Below are positions 20,244 to 31,809 of a DNA stretch of 64,000 nucleotides, in pieces. Origin of the DNA: Novakomyces olei. Its lineage: Eukaryota. A program made the position numbers and the translations under genes. How positions within the stretch are numbered: position 1 is the first letter of the stretch; each line of letters opens with the position of its first letter. The stretch is from the NCBI GenBank assembly GCA_016906335.1, contig JADEYG010000002.1, positions 682,001-746,000 on the forward strand, given 5' to 3'. Under the pieces are notes generated by a model. The model was not told the DNA's origin and did not search any database. It saw only the letters and a list, made by a program, of their open reading frames with translations.

Positions 20244-22922
20244 CTACATCAACTCCCTTGAGGTATAGACAAAGCCGCCACCAAACCAGTAACGCCATAA
20301 AGTACGGCCCCATCCAAATGTAAACAAGGACAAGACATCCCGAGGTCGTGTCCAAAGTACCAGAAGCCGTCCGATCAGCGAAACGGGCACGGGGGATATA
20401 GAGGCGGTTGATGAAAGAGACAGTGTAGAAGTGCTTGAGCCACCAGAAACTGTGCGTGAGCTGTTCCGATGACGGCTGAACGCAAAAGACGATACTCTCC
20501 GTACTTGCGGCCGTCTCTCTGTAAGCAGTTTATTACTTTGCTGCACTTGCAAAAGAGCATTCGGCCGGGTTAAAGGCTGCCGGCCAGAGAAACCGTCAGA
20601 TTTGTCTGCCACACCGCGCTTGTAGACAAGAATTTCCTGATCACTTGCATCGCTACTGCCTTTAACACTTGCTTTCTCCATATTTTTAGGGGCTTCCTTT
20701 TGTACTTTAAAACTGTGCGATGAAGCCTCACTTGTTTCTGCTAACGACTCGGTACTCGGGGTATGAATGCCCTTTGCAAGGACTGAATGCTGGTCGAATT
20801 GCTCGGCAATGTCGGTTTTAATCCGGCTCCCCTCTTCATCTTCACCGCTTACTTTTGCCTTACATTTCGGAGGGATTACGCCCGCGCAAGACTGGTCCAT
20901 TGGCGGCAGGCATCCATAGCAAATAACCGTACTCGTGCGTGTTATCCCGCAGTACCTTGAAACATCAGGCGTCGATCTGCCCGTCGGCCGAACAGGTCTC
21001 CTTCGCCGAATTGAAGTGCGAGTCAGTGGCGATGATTCTGATGATGGAGTCGACCGGGACGATAAAGCGCTTGATTGCGATTTGGAAATGGACGACTGGC
21101 TCCGGCCTGACCTCTGCCTACCCGTCGATGGAAGCAATGCTGTAGGAGATGTTCGAGTTGAAGACGAAGAAGAAGACGAAGAAGAAGAAGACAAAGAAAC
21201 AATAGACGAAAAAGAGGCAGAAGAAGAAGCGTTTGAAGGGGACGCTCGGCGTCTATATCGGCCTGAAGGAGACTTGTATTTGCGAGCAAAAGGCCGTGGC
21301 CGGGGCAAAGGGTTAGTAATCATAAAACTGCACGATCGACAGACTGTAGATCGGCAGGCACTGCAAGCTCTCGCGGGAAACCCCGAGTGGAAAGCGAGTC
21401 CACACAGGGAACAAGAGGAAGCAGAAGCATTATTGTCAGTAGTGCCAGCGAGCTGCAGTACATCAGCAGGAAATGTATCACGCACAGTCATTGTCCTCGG
21501 AGCCTCACATGGCGAACACGTCACATTTGACGTCTCTGTACACGAAGAATGGCAGAGCGGAGGAGTAGCGATATACTTGGCTTTTGATTCAACGGCATTA
21601 CCTTCATCACCCCTTTTAGTATCCGCAATCACATGCACAAAGTTTGTCAGGGGAGATGGTTCACGGAACGATCGAGGCAAGGGCGACATGTCCAGCATTA
21701 AATCCTGTTTTGTACGGGTCAGTCGTGGTGTCTTGGGAATGGAAAGAGAAGAGTTCCAATCGTTGGAAAGCTCTGGAATGCTGGGCTTTGGCCTAATACT
21801 ACGCAAAGGCATTATAGAAGCAGCATCGGTATTGGTCCCACAAAGTGTATCAAAGCTGGTTATATTAGCATCGTCGAGACCAAACAGCCGATCTCTTTCG
21901 GGGCTGGCCATCCGTGCTCTTGCCCTCAAATCGTACATGGACACTGCCTGACGAGTGCGGCCTTTACGAGCAGTCCGCTGTTGCATTTCTGCCTCGTTCA
22001 TGTGTGCTGCAATTACTGGTTCCTGTTCTAGTAGGGAAGCCAAATTAGACCGTCGAAAGCGCAAATTTTTTGTCTGTGACATTTTTAAAAATTGTTGCTG
22101 CTGCTGCCGATTGTCCATGTGAGGCTCCATTGTTGCTACACTACTCCCCTCGTCTAGTTGTGCCCTTTCCGGCAGAGGCAGTTTGTAACACTCGGGACGC
22201 CCTAGTTGCTTTGAGCCACTCCGTGGGCCATCAGCTTTTGTACTCTTTTGCTCCTGTAGACGACTGGCCAAGTTTGCTTCCAGCTGAGCGTGTCTTGGTC
22301 TCAGGAAGCTTCCAGTACCATGGGCCCCAGTATGAGGCCCTTTTCGCAACGCATTTGTCTTTAACCCGTCCTTGCTGCCAGTATCTAGGCCCAAAATTGC
22401 ATCAGCTGCGTCTAGACCCGTGTGCTTTTGCGGGGGCACATACTGCGGCACCCGTGAAGGAGGGGCAAGCCGAATATTGCCCTCACTGGCTTTGCGAGCA
22501 CGCAAAGGACCCGGTGAAAATCGGCCTTCTTTTGAATATCGGCCTTCTTCTCTACACACTGCCGTCGTATAAAAGGCATTGCTGCTCTGTAGTGGTGCCA
22601 TTACAGGCGGAGGTTCGCGCAGAATCGAATACGCACTTTCGCACTCAAAGTCACTGTCGTCAGATCCACTGCTGTACTCGCAAACGGACTCGTCGTTTTG
22701 ATTGCCGCCCTCCTCTTTGCCCAAAGGCGGTGAAAAATAAACGGGAATATCAGCGGCACACGTATGTGCCATTTTGCTCCCGTCGTGGCCGCCTAGATCT
22801 GCTGATAAATTGGCAAACTGCTTCTCGCAGGTGCCTTCTTGAGCGTGTCGAGGCCACTGGAAAATGCTCGTCTGGGTTGCCGGCCGGTGCAACCCAAGCG
22901 CGGCCATTGCCGGAAGAGACAT
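20244..22922 (-). CDS. Ser/Arg-rich, largely disordered protein with a split FYVE-like Cys8 zinc finger
   Basis: 892-aa uninterrupted ORF; CSLC..CSACRSTVCRSC..[long insert]..VICYGC; hydrophobic C-terminus. Confidence 0.75.
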   Translation of the reverse strand: MSLPAMAALGLHRPATQTSIFQWPRHAQEGTCEKQFANLSADLGGHDGSKMAHTCAADIPVYFSPPLGKEEGGNQNDESVCEYSSGSDDSDFECESAYSILREPPPVMAPLQSSNAFYTTAVCREEGRYSKEGRFSPGPLRARKASEGNIRLAPPSRVPQYVPPQKHTGLDAADAILGLDTGSKDGLKTNALRKGPHTGAHGTGSFLRPRHAQLEANLASRLQEQKSTKADGPRSGSKQLGRPECYKLPLPERAQLDEGSSVATMEPHMDNRQQQQQFLKMSQTKNLRFRRSNLASLLEQEPVIAAHMNEAEMQQRTARKGRTRQAVSMYDLRARARMASPERDRLFGLDDANITSFDTLCGTNTDAASIMPLRSIRPKPSIPELSNDWNSSLSIPKTPRLTRTKQDLMLDMSPLPRSFREPSPLTNFVHVIADTKRGDEGNAVESKAKYIATPPLCHSSCTETSNVTCSPCEAPRTMTVRDTFPADVLQLAGTTDNNASASSCSLCGLAFHSGFPARACSACRSTVCRSCSFMITNPLPRPRPFARKYKSPSGRYRRRASPSNASSSASFSSIVSLSSSSSSSSSSSTRTSPTALLPSTGRQRSGRSQSSISKSQSSALSSRSTPSSESSPLTRTSIRRRRPVRPTGRSTPDVSRYCGITRTSTVICYGCLPPMDQSCAGVIPPKCKAKVSGEDEEGSRIKTDIAEQFDQHSVLAKGIHTPSTESLAETSEASSHSFKVQKEAPKNMEKASVKGSSDASDQEILVYKRGVADKSDGFSGRQPLTRPNALLQVQQSNKLLTERRPQVRRVSSFAFSRHRNSSRTVSGGSSTSTLSLSSTASISPVPVSLIGRLLVLWTRPRDVLSLFTFGWGRTLWRYWFGGGFVYTSRELM

Positions 22923-23076
22923 CAGATCATATCGCGCTCTTCTGAGCCAATTCCCGCGAGTTTAGGCGCTCATTCGAACAAGTGCAATTTACAGATTGCC
23001 TGCATATACGGTTGTTGTTTATTTGTAAACAAGAGCGTGGTAGCTAGTCTATATACGGCTATAAGAAAAGCAGTAC

Positions 23077-23155
23077 TTTACAATATAGTACATTTACAAT
23101 ATAGTACATTTACAATATAGTACATTTACAATATAGTGCATTTACAATATAGTAT
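23077..23155. repeat. 16-bp tandem repeat (TACATTTACAATATAG), about 5 copies
   Basis: Seen directly, upstream of the 892-aa ORF. Confidence 0.92.
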
Positions 23156-24203
23156 ACAATAACATCATACGCACGGTAGTCGTATATTATGTGCACAGTA
23201 ATAAATTATAAGCAATATCGAGAATTTTTGGTGGGTATTGTAGCGTCCGACAGCGAAGATATCATCGGCCGACCGTATTCTTATAAGGAATGAACTGCTT
23301 CAGCTGCGTTACTCAAAGCCCAAAAAAAGATCACGCGTACAAAGTCTTTGTGGAAAGAATCAAATAAACAGAGCATTAATACGAGCAGAATAGTCTAAAC
23401 GTTTAAACAGTCTAGTAACAACTTCAATTAGGCTATATTAACGTTGCCATGTTTGGCATGTCTTACAAGTGAGCCGTGCTTTTTATGTGCGCAAGCGCTG
23501 TACTTTGTAAATGAACCAGTTCCATGGAAATGGATGGATAGACGGGACTGCACAATTATTGTCTACAATATCTACAATCCGCACCTCGAAAGTCTAGCTC
23601 AGCCTACGTAGCGTAAAGGGCGCACAATAAAAAGTACAGTTCGTACGGCCATACACTAGTCGCCTTTAGTTTATACGCCTTTAATGAAGCGAGTGAGAAA
23701 GAAAGTTTGGCGTAAATTTTACCGCTGCGAGTCACTAATCTTAGACAAAGCGCACACAGCAATCAGCCACGCGTCATTTACCAATCATGCTTAACCACCT
23801 ACGCGTATCCCATCAAAGTGTCAGTAAAGGCCACTACATTTCAAGTTCAAAGTGCCACTCCTCCCACCCCATCATCAGAGGGAAATCTCCGCGACGACAC
23901 TGCGCTAAAATTATTCGGTATAGCAGCAGCCCAATAAATCTGGGTTATTTATATACATAATTTGTATAATTAAATCTCCGGTGGGCCAACGTGTTTCCCG
24001 CGCTAATATAATATCTATGAAAAATAAAGCAAACAGCCAACGCCAAGAGACAAGGGCAGAGACTGATCATCAAGCCGAAGCTTTTTGAGAATGTTTCAAG
24101 TCTTCAGTGTATAGAGCGGCAATCTAAATATACTGTGCACGGCAATACAAACCGCATCTTCAATCCAACTGGCTCCGGCGCTTTATACATAAATAAATAA
24201 ATA

Positions 24204-24340
24204 ATACTATATTATACTATTATATTATACTATTATATTATACTATACTATATCATACTATACTATATTATACTATAATATTATACTATACTATTATATT
24301 ATACTATTATATTATACTATTATATTATACTATATTATAT
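24204..24340. repeat. Degenerate TATAC/TATAT-type microsatellite
   Basis: Seen directly. Confidence 0.85.
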
Positions 24341-24544
24341 TTAGAACAATCACGGCCATGTGACAGGCAGCCAATCTGAGAATAATTGGATTGAGAAACA
24401 TAATCGCGATCACGCGGGAGGCAGCTGACACGGAGGAAAAGGGAAAGTAACGAGGACGAATCGGCAAACAAGGGAATATCAAAACAGTAAAAATAGAAGG
24501 AAAAAATAAAGGGTATATAAATATAAATATAAAGGGCGGCAAGT

Positions 24545-26398
24545 ATGTACCGTCCGCTGCCAATGGCTAATGGCCGGGAGACTGGAGCCGATTCGGCCAT
24601 CAGCGATCCCTGCTCTCCCACCTCAGAAGACTCTACTTCCTATTCCCCTACAGACCAATCCAAAAGCGCTGTGAGTAAATTCTTAACGCTAGCTCGGCAA
24701 TGGACACAGTGGGCTTTAGGCCCTTCGTGGGAGAAGCGCGGCCCAGATCGACCGGGCCCTGTGATCGGCCGTGCAGTGCTTCCGCAAGTGCAGCAGCCAA
24801 TAGTTCGAGTGAACGAGTGGCTGGAGCGAAATCGAGCCCGGGGCAAATGTGCAAAGTACGTCTTTTTTACAGTTTGGCTCATTGTACTCTGTGTGCTGAT
24901 TGTCGATTCCTCATTTTCCGCTCGCACAATGCTTGGCCGGCCTGATATTGAGAGCACTACGTCATCGCTCTGGCGACCCCGCAATGGCTGCGGCATGCGT
25001 GGGATGGACTGCGAACCCTTTGACGGAGCTTCTCGGTCAATCCGTTGCCCAGCCGCTCCCGCCAGTGTAATTTTGCATAGCCCTTATGACTTTGGCAATG
25101 CCCGGGCTGAGCGAACTCAACTGGTTATCGGAGGCGGAGATGCCGAACGGACTTACCGGGCCGATTCGTGGCTGTGTCCGGCGGCTGTTCACGCTGGGGC
25201 TGTGAGCCCACGAGTGGGTGGATGTGCAATTGTAACATTGGTGGGGGAGCACTCAAACCACATAGGCGTACGGCGAAACGGAGTGCAAAGTATGGACTAC
25301 AATGGCACTTTTCCCAAGAACTACAGGTTTATGCCTGCTCGCTCTGTCGGCAGCCGACACTGTCGCTCATTGATCTGGTCAATTATGGCGTACAATGTTG
25401 TAATGATGGCAGTTTGGGGACTCTTTGCTACTGCTGCCGAGTTTTTCTGGGCAGTCTGCACCGTAGGGTTTCTGCATGTTATTATGGTGACAGATGTTCC
25501 CACGCTTCATCCGGCCACGGCTGACAAGGCCCTCGAACTGACTACTCAACGGCTTTTTCCCACACTGGCGGTGTGCTTTTGTATATGGAGACTCGCTGCC
25601 AGATTCACTCTGGCGCGCTTAGAGCTTGTAGCCCCCATTGAACGAATGCTCTATTACACGGGCACTTTTTGGGTGGGCGCCTTAATAAATATTACAGGCG
25701 CTGCTATTCCCATTGATAGACTGGTGGCGGCTGATATGGCTAACGTTCCGGGGCAAAGAGCCGCTCTCGCAATGGTGGCCATATTAATTCTCGTGATTGC
25801 CGCCGGTCAGATTTATATGTTTAGAAAGCATGGGATGCTAAGATGGTACTTGGGCTGCTACATAGCCGGCTGCACTTGTATTGGCCTACTGTTCGCTATC
25901 CCGGGCGTCCATCCGCACCTGCACCATTATTTTATTTCTTTTTGTCTGCTTCCCGGCACAGGTTTACAGACCCGGCCCTCCCTACTTTACCAGGGTTTCC
26001 TACTCGGCTGGTTTATCAATGGCGCCGCCCGGTGGGGGTTCGATTCTATCCTTGTTACCACGATAACAATGATCAGGGAAGCTCCGAGAGGCACACATCT
26101 GCCTCATTTCGAAACAAACCCGGAAAACTGGGATTCCGAATCCATGATCGTTCGCTGGAACACCCTGACCAGCCCGTGGGATGAAGTTTCTGTGCTTGTT
26201 GATGACGTCGAACAGTACCGCGATACTGCATCGTCTTTTTGCCTCAAGGATTTGGCAGACAGTGCGCCAGACTGGATGTCATTGCCTCATTACGTTCGAC
26301 TGGCATATGTTCATGATGGCATGACGCATGATTATACGCGTGCTGCTACTATATACCCCAATGGAAGTTTTGTTAGTGCGCCTTCGGGCGCTTCATAG
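24545..26398 (+). CDS. Fungal LCCL-domain polytopic membrane protein
   Basis: CGMRGMDCEPF, YRADSWLCPAAVHAG LCCL motif, several TM segments, HLHHY, QGFLLGWFINGAARWGFDSI, DYTRA. Confidence 0.88.
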   Translation: MYRPLPMANGRETGADSAISDPCSPTSEDSTSYSPTDQSKSAVSKFLTLARQWTQWALGPSWEKRGPDRPGPVIGRAVLPQVQQPIVRVNEWLERNRARGKCAKYVFFTVWLIVLCVLIVDSSFSARTMLGRPDIESTTSSLWRPRNGCGMRGMDCEPFDGASRSIRCPAAPASVILHSPYDFGNARAERTQLVIGGGDAERTYRADSWLCPAAVHAGAVSPRVGGCAIVTLVGEHSNHIGVRRNGVQSMDYNGTFPKNYRFMPARSVGSRHCRSLIWSIMAYNVVMMAVWGLFATAAEFFWAVCTVGFLHVIMVTDVPTLHPATADKALELTTQRLFPTLAVCFCIWRLAARFTLARLELVAPIERMLYYTGTFWVGALINITGAAIPIDRLVAADMANVPGQRAALAMVAILILVIAAGQIYMFRKHGMLRWYLGCYIAGCTCIGLLFAIPGVHPHLHHYFISFCLLPGTGLQTRPSLLYQGFLLGWFINGAARWGFDSILVTTITMIREAPRGTHLPHFETNPENWDSESMIVRWNTLTSPWDEVSVLVDDVEQYRDTASSFCLKDLADSAPDWMSLPHYVRLAYVHDGMTHDYTRAATIYPNGSFVSAPSGAS

Positions 26399-27884
26399 AG
26401 TATGACACTGGTAGAGGAGGAGAGAAGAGAGATGAAGCTATTTGTTTGCGTGGGTTTGCATTAAGGGCGTGGGTCTCGTCATTTTCATTTTCTTTTTCTT
26501 TTTCTTTTTCTTTTTCTTTTTCTTTTTCATTTTCATTTTCTTTTTCGTTTTCATCGTCTGCTAAAATTATTCAAGAAATTCAACATTGATGAATAGCATT
26601 ATAATGTCTGCGTTTAGATAATTGCGCAGTAATCTACTACTGTGTTGGATGAAGAGCGATGCGGACTACATGTCTTGTCCTTAAAATTTTTGCAAAATAA
26701 ACCAATTGATACAATTGATGGCTATTTTGTAGGCTGCCTTTGTCGGTCAAGCGACTAGTCGTCGCTCCTTGCATATCTCGCGACGGGATCTATCTTATCA
26801 TTTAATGTACGAAACTTGCCCTTGCTCGAGCCTTGAAAACGGAAGTAAAGGTTTCGAGGGTCCAACAGAATGCTCTGATTCTAACTAATAAAGACTTGTT
26901 TTATTTTCTATTCGACCAAGATTTTGTATTCTTCGCGTACCTCAGACCTGGCCATGATGAAGATAAAAGAGCACGAAAAGACTCAGCACGAAAAGAATCA
27001 GCCACTGGCATTGCTATGGTACACAATGTGTAGACAAGATTGGCTTCATATAAACGGTGCGTGAAAATCGTTGAAAATCACGAAAGAGCATACAATTGGT
27101 TTATTGGACCCACTAATATTGCAGTAGCGTGTACGTGTAAAAATAGCCAAGGCCCCCCAGATCGGAACAAATCCGGTAAAGTTTCCTAGAGAGAATAGTC
27201 AGGCGTTGCTGAGTAATCAAATTATTCGGGTTATGAATGAATTACAGGTAGAGCACAAGTCTATTTGCCCCTCGTCTCGTTACTTTTCGCTTGGGAAGTT
27301 CCTATTTGAGATACCCTCCGAACATAAAGATCTTGCTGATTATCGGCTTAGTAATGCAGCTTGTACATATTTTTCGAACTATCTCCGAGACAATTAGACA
27401 ATTCCCTATCCCACACGAAAAGCCTATTTTGTCGTTAATCTGATCGTACCATCAATCTCCATTATAGGCAAACCTGTATTACCCTAAATTCTGGGGATTT
27501 GTATCGTGGGAAGAGAGCATCGCAACCTCAAAGGCATACTAGTCCAGATAATAGTACGGTCAGGAAAAGAGTCTCGTTCAATTTAAACTCTATAGTTATA
27601 CATTGGCTTAAATGCCCCATACTGAACTACTAAACCTAAATTTCTCGGCGTTTGCGATTAGACCAACGCTTGATTATGACTCATTATTGCCGTATCTGTC
27701 AAACGCGAGATCCGAGCAAAATCTGGAGATTTAAGACAAAAAAGGGTACACAGTAATCGTGTTTCGAGCCACAAATATATAGTGTAATTTATATACAATT
27801 AAATATGCAGTACGTCTCAAATGGTATATATATAGGCGATCAGGGATCCATGGCCCAAGTCGCTGCGCTTTTGCTCTTGACAAG

Positions 27885-29594
27885 ATGCCCTTTACACCAA
27901 TAAAACCCAAACTTTTAATCAACGGCGAGGTAACGAATAAGTGAAGAGCTCTTCGCCGTTCTCTTCTCCCTGAAATGCTGAGCTAACAAGTATCATAGCT
28001 CGTTGACGCTTCTAACAAGGAAACCTTTGAACTCTACAATCCGGCGACACTTGAAAAGGTCGCAGATGGTCGGTGCACATGTTTTGCCTTCCACATTTGA
28101 CCTGCAGTCTTGCAGCGCTTGATTGCTGTCAAAGTATCTGGCAATCAAGGAATTGGCTCGTCTTTTATTCTCTTTTTTATATTTATTTTCTTGTTCAGTT
28201 TCGAGGACAGTGTCCCTTTCCCGTCTCTCCAAGTACTGACTACTGCAGTCCCCGAGGCTACGGAAGAGGACACAAATGCTGCCGTGGCAGCGGCTAAAGC
28301 AGCTTTTCCCAGTTGGTCAGCTATGGCCCCGGAAGCCAGAGGCGCCTGCCTTAAACGACTGGCCCAATTAATCAGCGAAAACGTGGATGAACTCGCTTTC
28401 CTCGAGGCCATTTCTATGGGCCGACCAGTCTCTACGTTCTTTGAAGGCCGCGCAATCGTGGAAGAGTACGAGCACTACTCTGAAGCCTGGTCGGCTAATC
28501 TGGGCCAGACTAGTTTGAACACTCCGGGCTTTGTAAACATGACTTTTCGCCAGCCCTTTGGAGTCGTAGCGATTATAATCCCGTGGAACGTCCCCTTGGT
28601 CTTTTTTGCACTTAAATCAGCTCCGGCACTGATTACGGGCAACACTGTCGTACTGAAATCCAGCGAAAAGGCGCCGTTGACCTCGGCCAAAGTAGCGACG
28701 CTTATAAAGGAAGCAGGATTTCCACCGGGAGTGTTTAATGTTATTTCTGGCCACGGCCAGATTTCGGGGCAGGTACTGTCTGGTCACATGGACGTTAGAG
28801 CTCTGAGCTTTACGGGGTCCACTCGCACTGGTAGACTGATTCAAAAGGCGGCAGCTGCTTCCAACTTGAAAAAGGTCATGCTGGAGCTGGGCGGGAAATC
28901 TCCCGCTCTTGTCTTTGAAGATGCTGACCTGGAGAGGGCAGTCAAGGCGACTGCGCAAGGGATCCAGTTTAATAGTGGGCAAATATGTATGTCAAACTCC
29001 CGGATTTATGTGCAAAAATCGATAAGCGAAGCGTTTGTACAAGCATTTAAAACGCATTTCACAGACATAAGAGCCGGAGATCCCACAGAGATGTCGACGA
29101 ATCATGGGCCACAGGCGGATGAAGTGCAGTTCAATACGGTAATGAAGTACATTGAGGAGGGGAAAAAGGTATCGCGCGTAGTCGCGGGTGGAAAATCACA
29201 GAGGAGTGAGGTGGACAAGTCTTTGCGGGGCTATTTCATCGAGCCTACAGTGTTTGTAGACGCCCCGGAGACAAGCACGATTGCTCAAGAGGAAATTTTT
29301 GGACCGGTTGTAATGATCAACACGTTCGAGTCAGAGGAGCAAATTGTTTCTTTGGCCAACAATACAGAGTATGGATTGTACGCTTCTATTTTCACCCGAG
29401 ACGTGAGCAGAATAATGAGGATGGCGAAGGCAATTGACGCTGGTATAGTTGCAGTAAACTGTAGCAGTCCAACTCACAGCAAAGACCTGCCGTTCGGTGG
29501 TTACAAGAGCTCTGGTCAAGGGCGGGAAGGCTGGCAGGATTCTATGGATAATTTCTTGGAAAAGAAAACAGTGGTTATCAAGCTTGACGACTAG
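27885..29594 (+). CDS. Aldehyde dehydrogenase, 3 exons
   Basis: MPFTPIKPKLLINGE|LVDAS..NPAT; introns 27930-27998 and 28069-28248; IIPWN, KSSEKAP, FTGS, LELGGKSP, GQIC, EEIFGP, PFGGYK motifs. Confidence 0.95.
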
Positions 29595-30260
29595 TCCATT
29601 AGAGATCGCAAACGGCCGAGAAGGTGTTGGATAAGCGCGCCTGCCTATATTATTTATATTAGGGTTAGTAAGGGTTAAATACATTGTTGCACTGGTCGCC
29701 TATTAATAATTGTTTGCTATATTTGTCGAACGGACACATGTTTTTGAGCATTCAACTCCGTTCAATGTGCGTTTTAAATTACGAAATTGCTGCTATTAGC
29801 ACAGTAAAAAGTACATCAATGGGTCAAACGAAATAAATTGTTTTATTAACAATTTTATTAATCGTTTAATTAATTAATATAAATAATATTTGCACCTATT
29901 TAATAGTACATATAGCTAGTAAAAACGAATTCAATTACTCCTCAACCTGATCATATATGTTCTAGATAACAGGCAATACAGAAATATTTGCTGACACGGC
30001 AACTTTGCACGAGACTTAAAATCCGATTCAGTCCATCAAAACGAGCAATTGACACATTTTTAAGGTTGCCAAAAATGATTATAACAAGCAAAAATCCACT
30101 GCTAGCTATGCTCGCAGGACTGCATAATTTAGACAACACTGTTGTTTGTATAGTACAATAATAAAGGAATAAAAATAAAGTAAACAGATATGTAGAAAAT
30201 AAATAATATAAAATTGAATAAATATATCTATAAATGACATTTGTATAGCTAATGCCGTAT

Positions 30261-31809
30261 TCACATGCTGTATCGTGTATTGTAAAACACCTGTTTAAAC
30301 GCAAAAGCCGGCACCGGTGGGTACCCCATCTCCGCCATATCATTCAGCTCGTACCCAGAAGCAAAAGGCGTAAAAGGCGCGTAAAACGTCGGTGAAGCCA
30401 TTGCTGGAGCGACTGGAAGTGCCGTGGCCGGTGGAGTCGTCCAAGGATCCATGAAATGCTTTTGTGGAAAGTATACGCCGTGAGCCGACTGAGGTGCTGC
30501 GGCTGGCCAAGCGTGTTCTCTATATAGCGGCAGATTGGATACACTCGGAACGGAAGAAGTAGTGCTGCTTCCCCCGTCAGAAAGTCGTCCGCCTATGTGA
30601 TCGTAAGGGTGGTACATTGGAGTTGGAGGGTATATCGATGAAGGGTATATCGAGCCGTCCTCGCTGTTTACACTTTCTCTGCGATCTTGGTCAGTTGCAG
30701 CGGAATCGAACCCGTCTCCCAGCGCCGCCATTGTATGCTGCAGTTGGCGATAGACCTGTCCGCTCCAATACTTGTCCAGCCGAAGACGGAGCGTACGGCC
30801 CATAAACTCGACTCCATCAAACTGCTTTATAGCATTCACAGCTTGTTCTGGAGTAGAAAAAGTAGCAGTTCCCCATCCGCGCGATCGGCCGCTCGGAACA
30901 GTCGCAATATCGATCCGGAGAATGTGTCCTGCTGGCCGCAAAAAGTCTTTAAGTTCCTGCCAGTGACAGGAAAAGGAGAGCTAAAGTTAGAACAGAACAA
31001 CGTAAAGCAAATGTCTCAACATTGAAGAGTAGAACGCTTACATTTCCAACAAATACGACGAGGCAATCATTGTCTTCTTCAAACTCATCGCTGGCTGCTG
31101 GCTTGCTGTATAGTTGGCACAAGTTTGCGGGATCGGGAACGATGCTTATTGTATGGCCGTGCCATACTATTCCATTTAGGCGGTCTGTGAATTAGAACAC
31201 TCAGTATCTAAATAAATATTTTAATAAAACAAATATTAAACGTATAACAAACAAATAATAAATAATAATAAATAATAATAAATAATAATAAATAATAATA
31301 AAGAGAAATAAATAGTAAAGAGAAATAAATATGAATGGGACGACAGAACTAATAAATAGATAAACGTGTATTTAGCCAGACAAAGTACGTTTACAGAGAC
31401 GAATAATTTGGGACTAAACAAATCATATAACGGCAACGATTGAAACTTACCCTGACACGCGGCCGCACTTTCTGCGTCAGGCACAATTACAATACCATGA
31501 CTTGAACCAGTCTGGACCGGAGGAACGATGACCTCCACGCGAAGAACCGGAGACGCTTTGCGAAATAAATCTTTAAGATCCTGCCATCTTGTCCGGTTGG
31601 GTAACTAGCAACGATGAGCACAACGAACCTTTATCGGCAGTCCTTACATTTTTAACTAGCAAAAGAACTTCGTTGTTTGCAGACGCGATATCGGCAGGAG
31701 AAGCGACGCTATCGTCAGAACACTCACAAGTCACATTCTCCGCTAGCGCCACTGGCGGCTTGGGTAACGATTTCGGAGACGGTGGCTCAGATAAAGATGC
31801 GGTGCACAT
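30261..31809 (-). CDS. Two-RRM RNA-binding protein (Gbp2/Hrb1-type WQDLKD RRMs) with low-complexity C-terminus, 4 coding exons
   Basis: LLVKN|LPNRTRWQDLKDLFRKA and VFVGN|LSFSCHWQELKDFLRPAG..GRSRGWG; GT-AG introns restore the frame. Confidence 0.85.

Noticed and set aside
20935-22945. 338-aa and 291-aa plus-strand ORFs
   Set aside because: Antisense shadows of the 892-aa ORF with non-ATG starts; the acidic tract mirrors poly-Ser codons.
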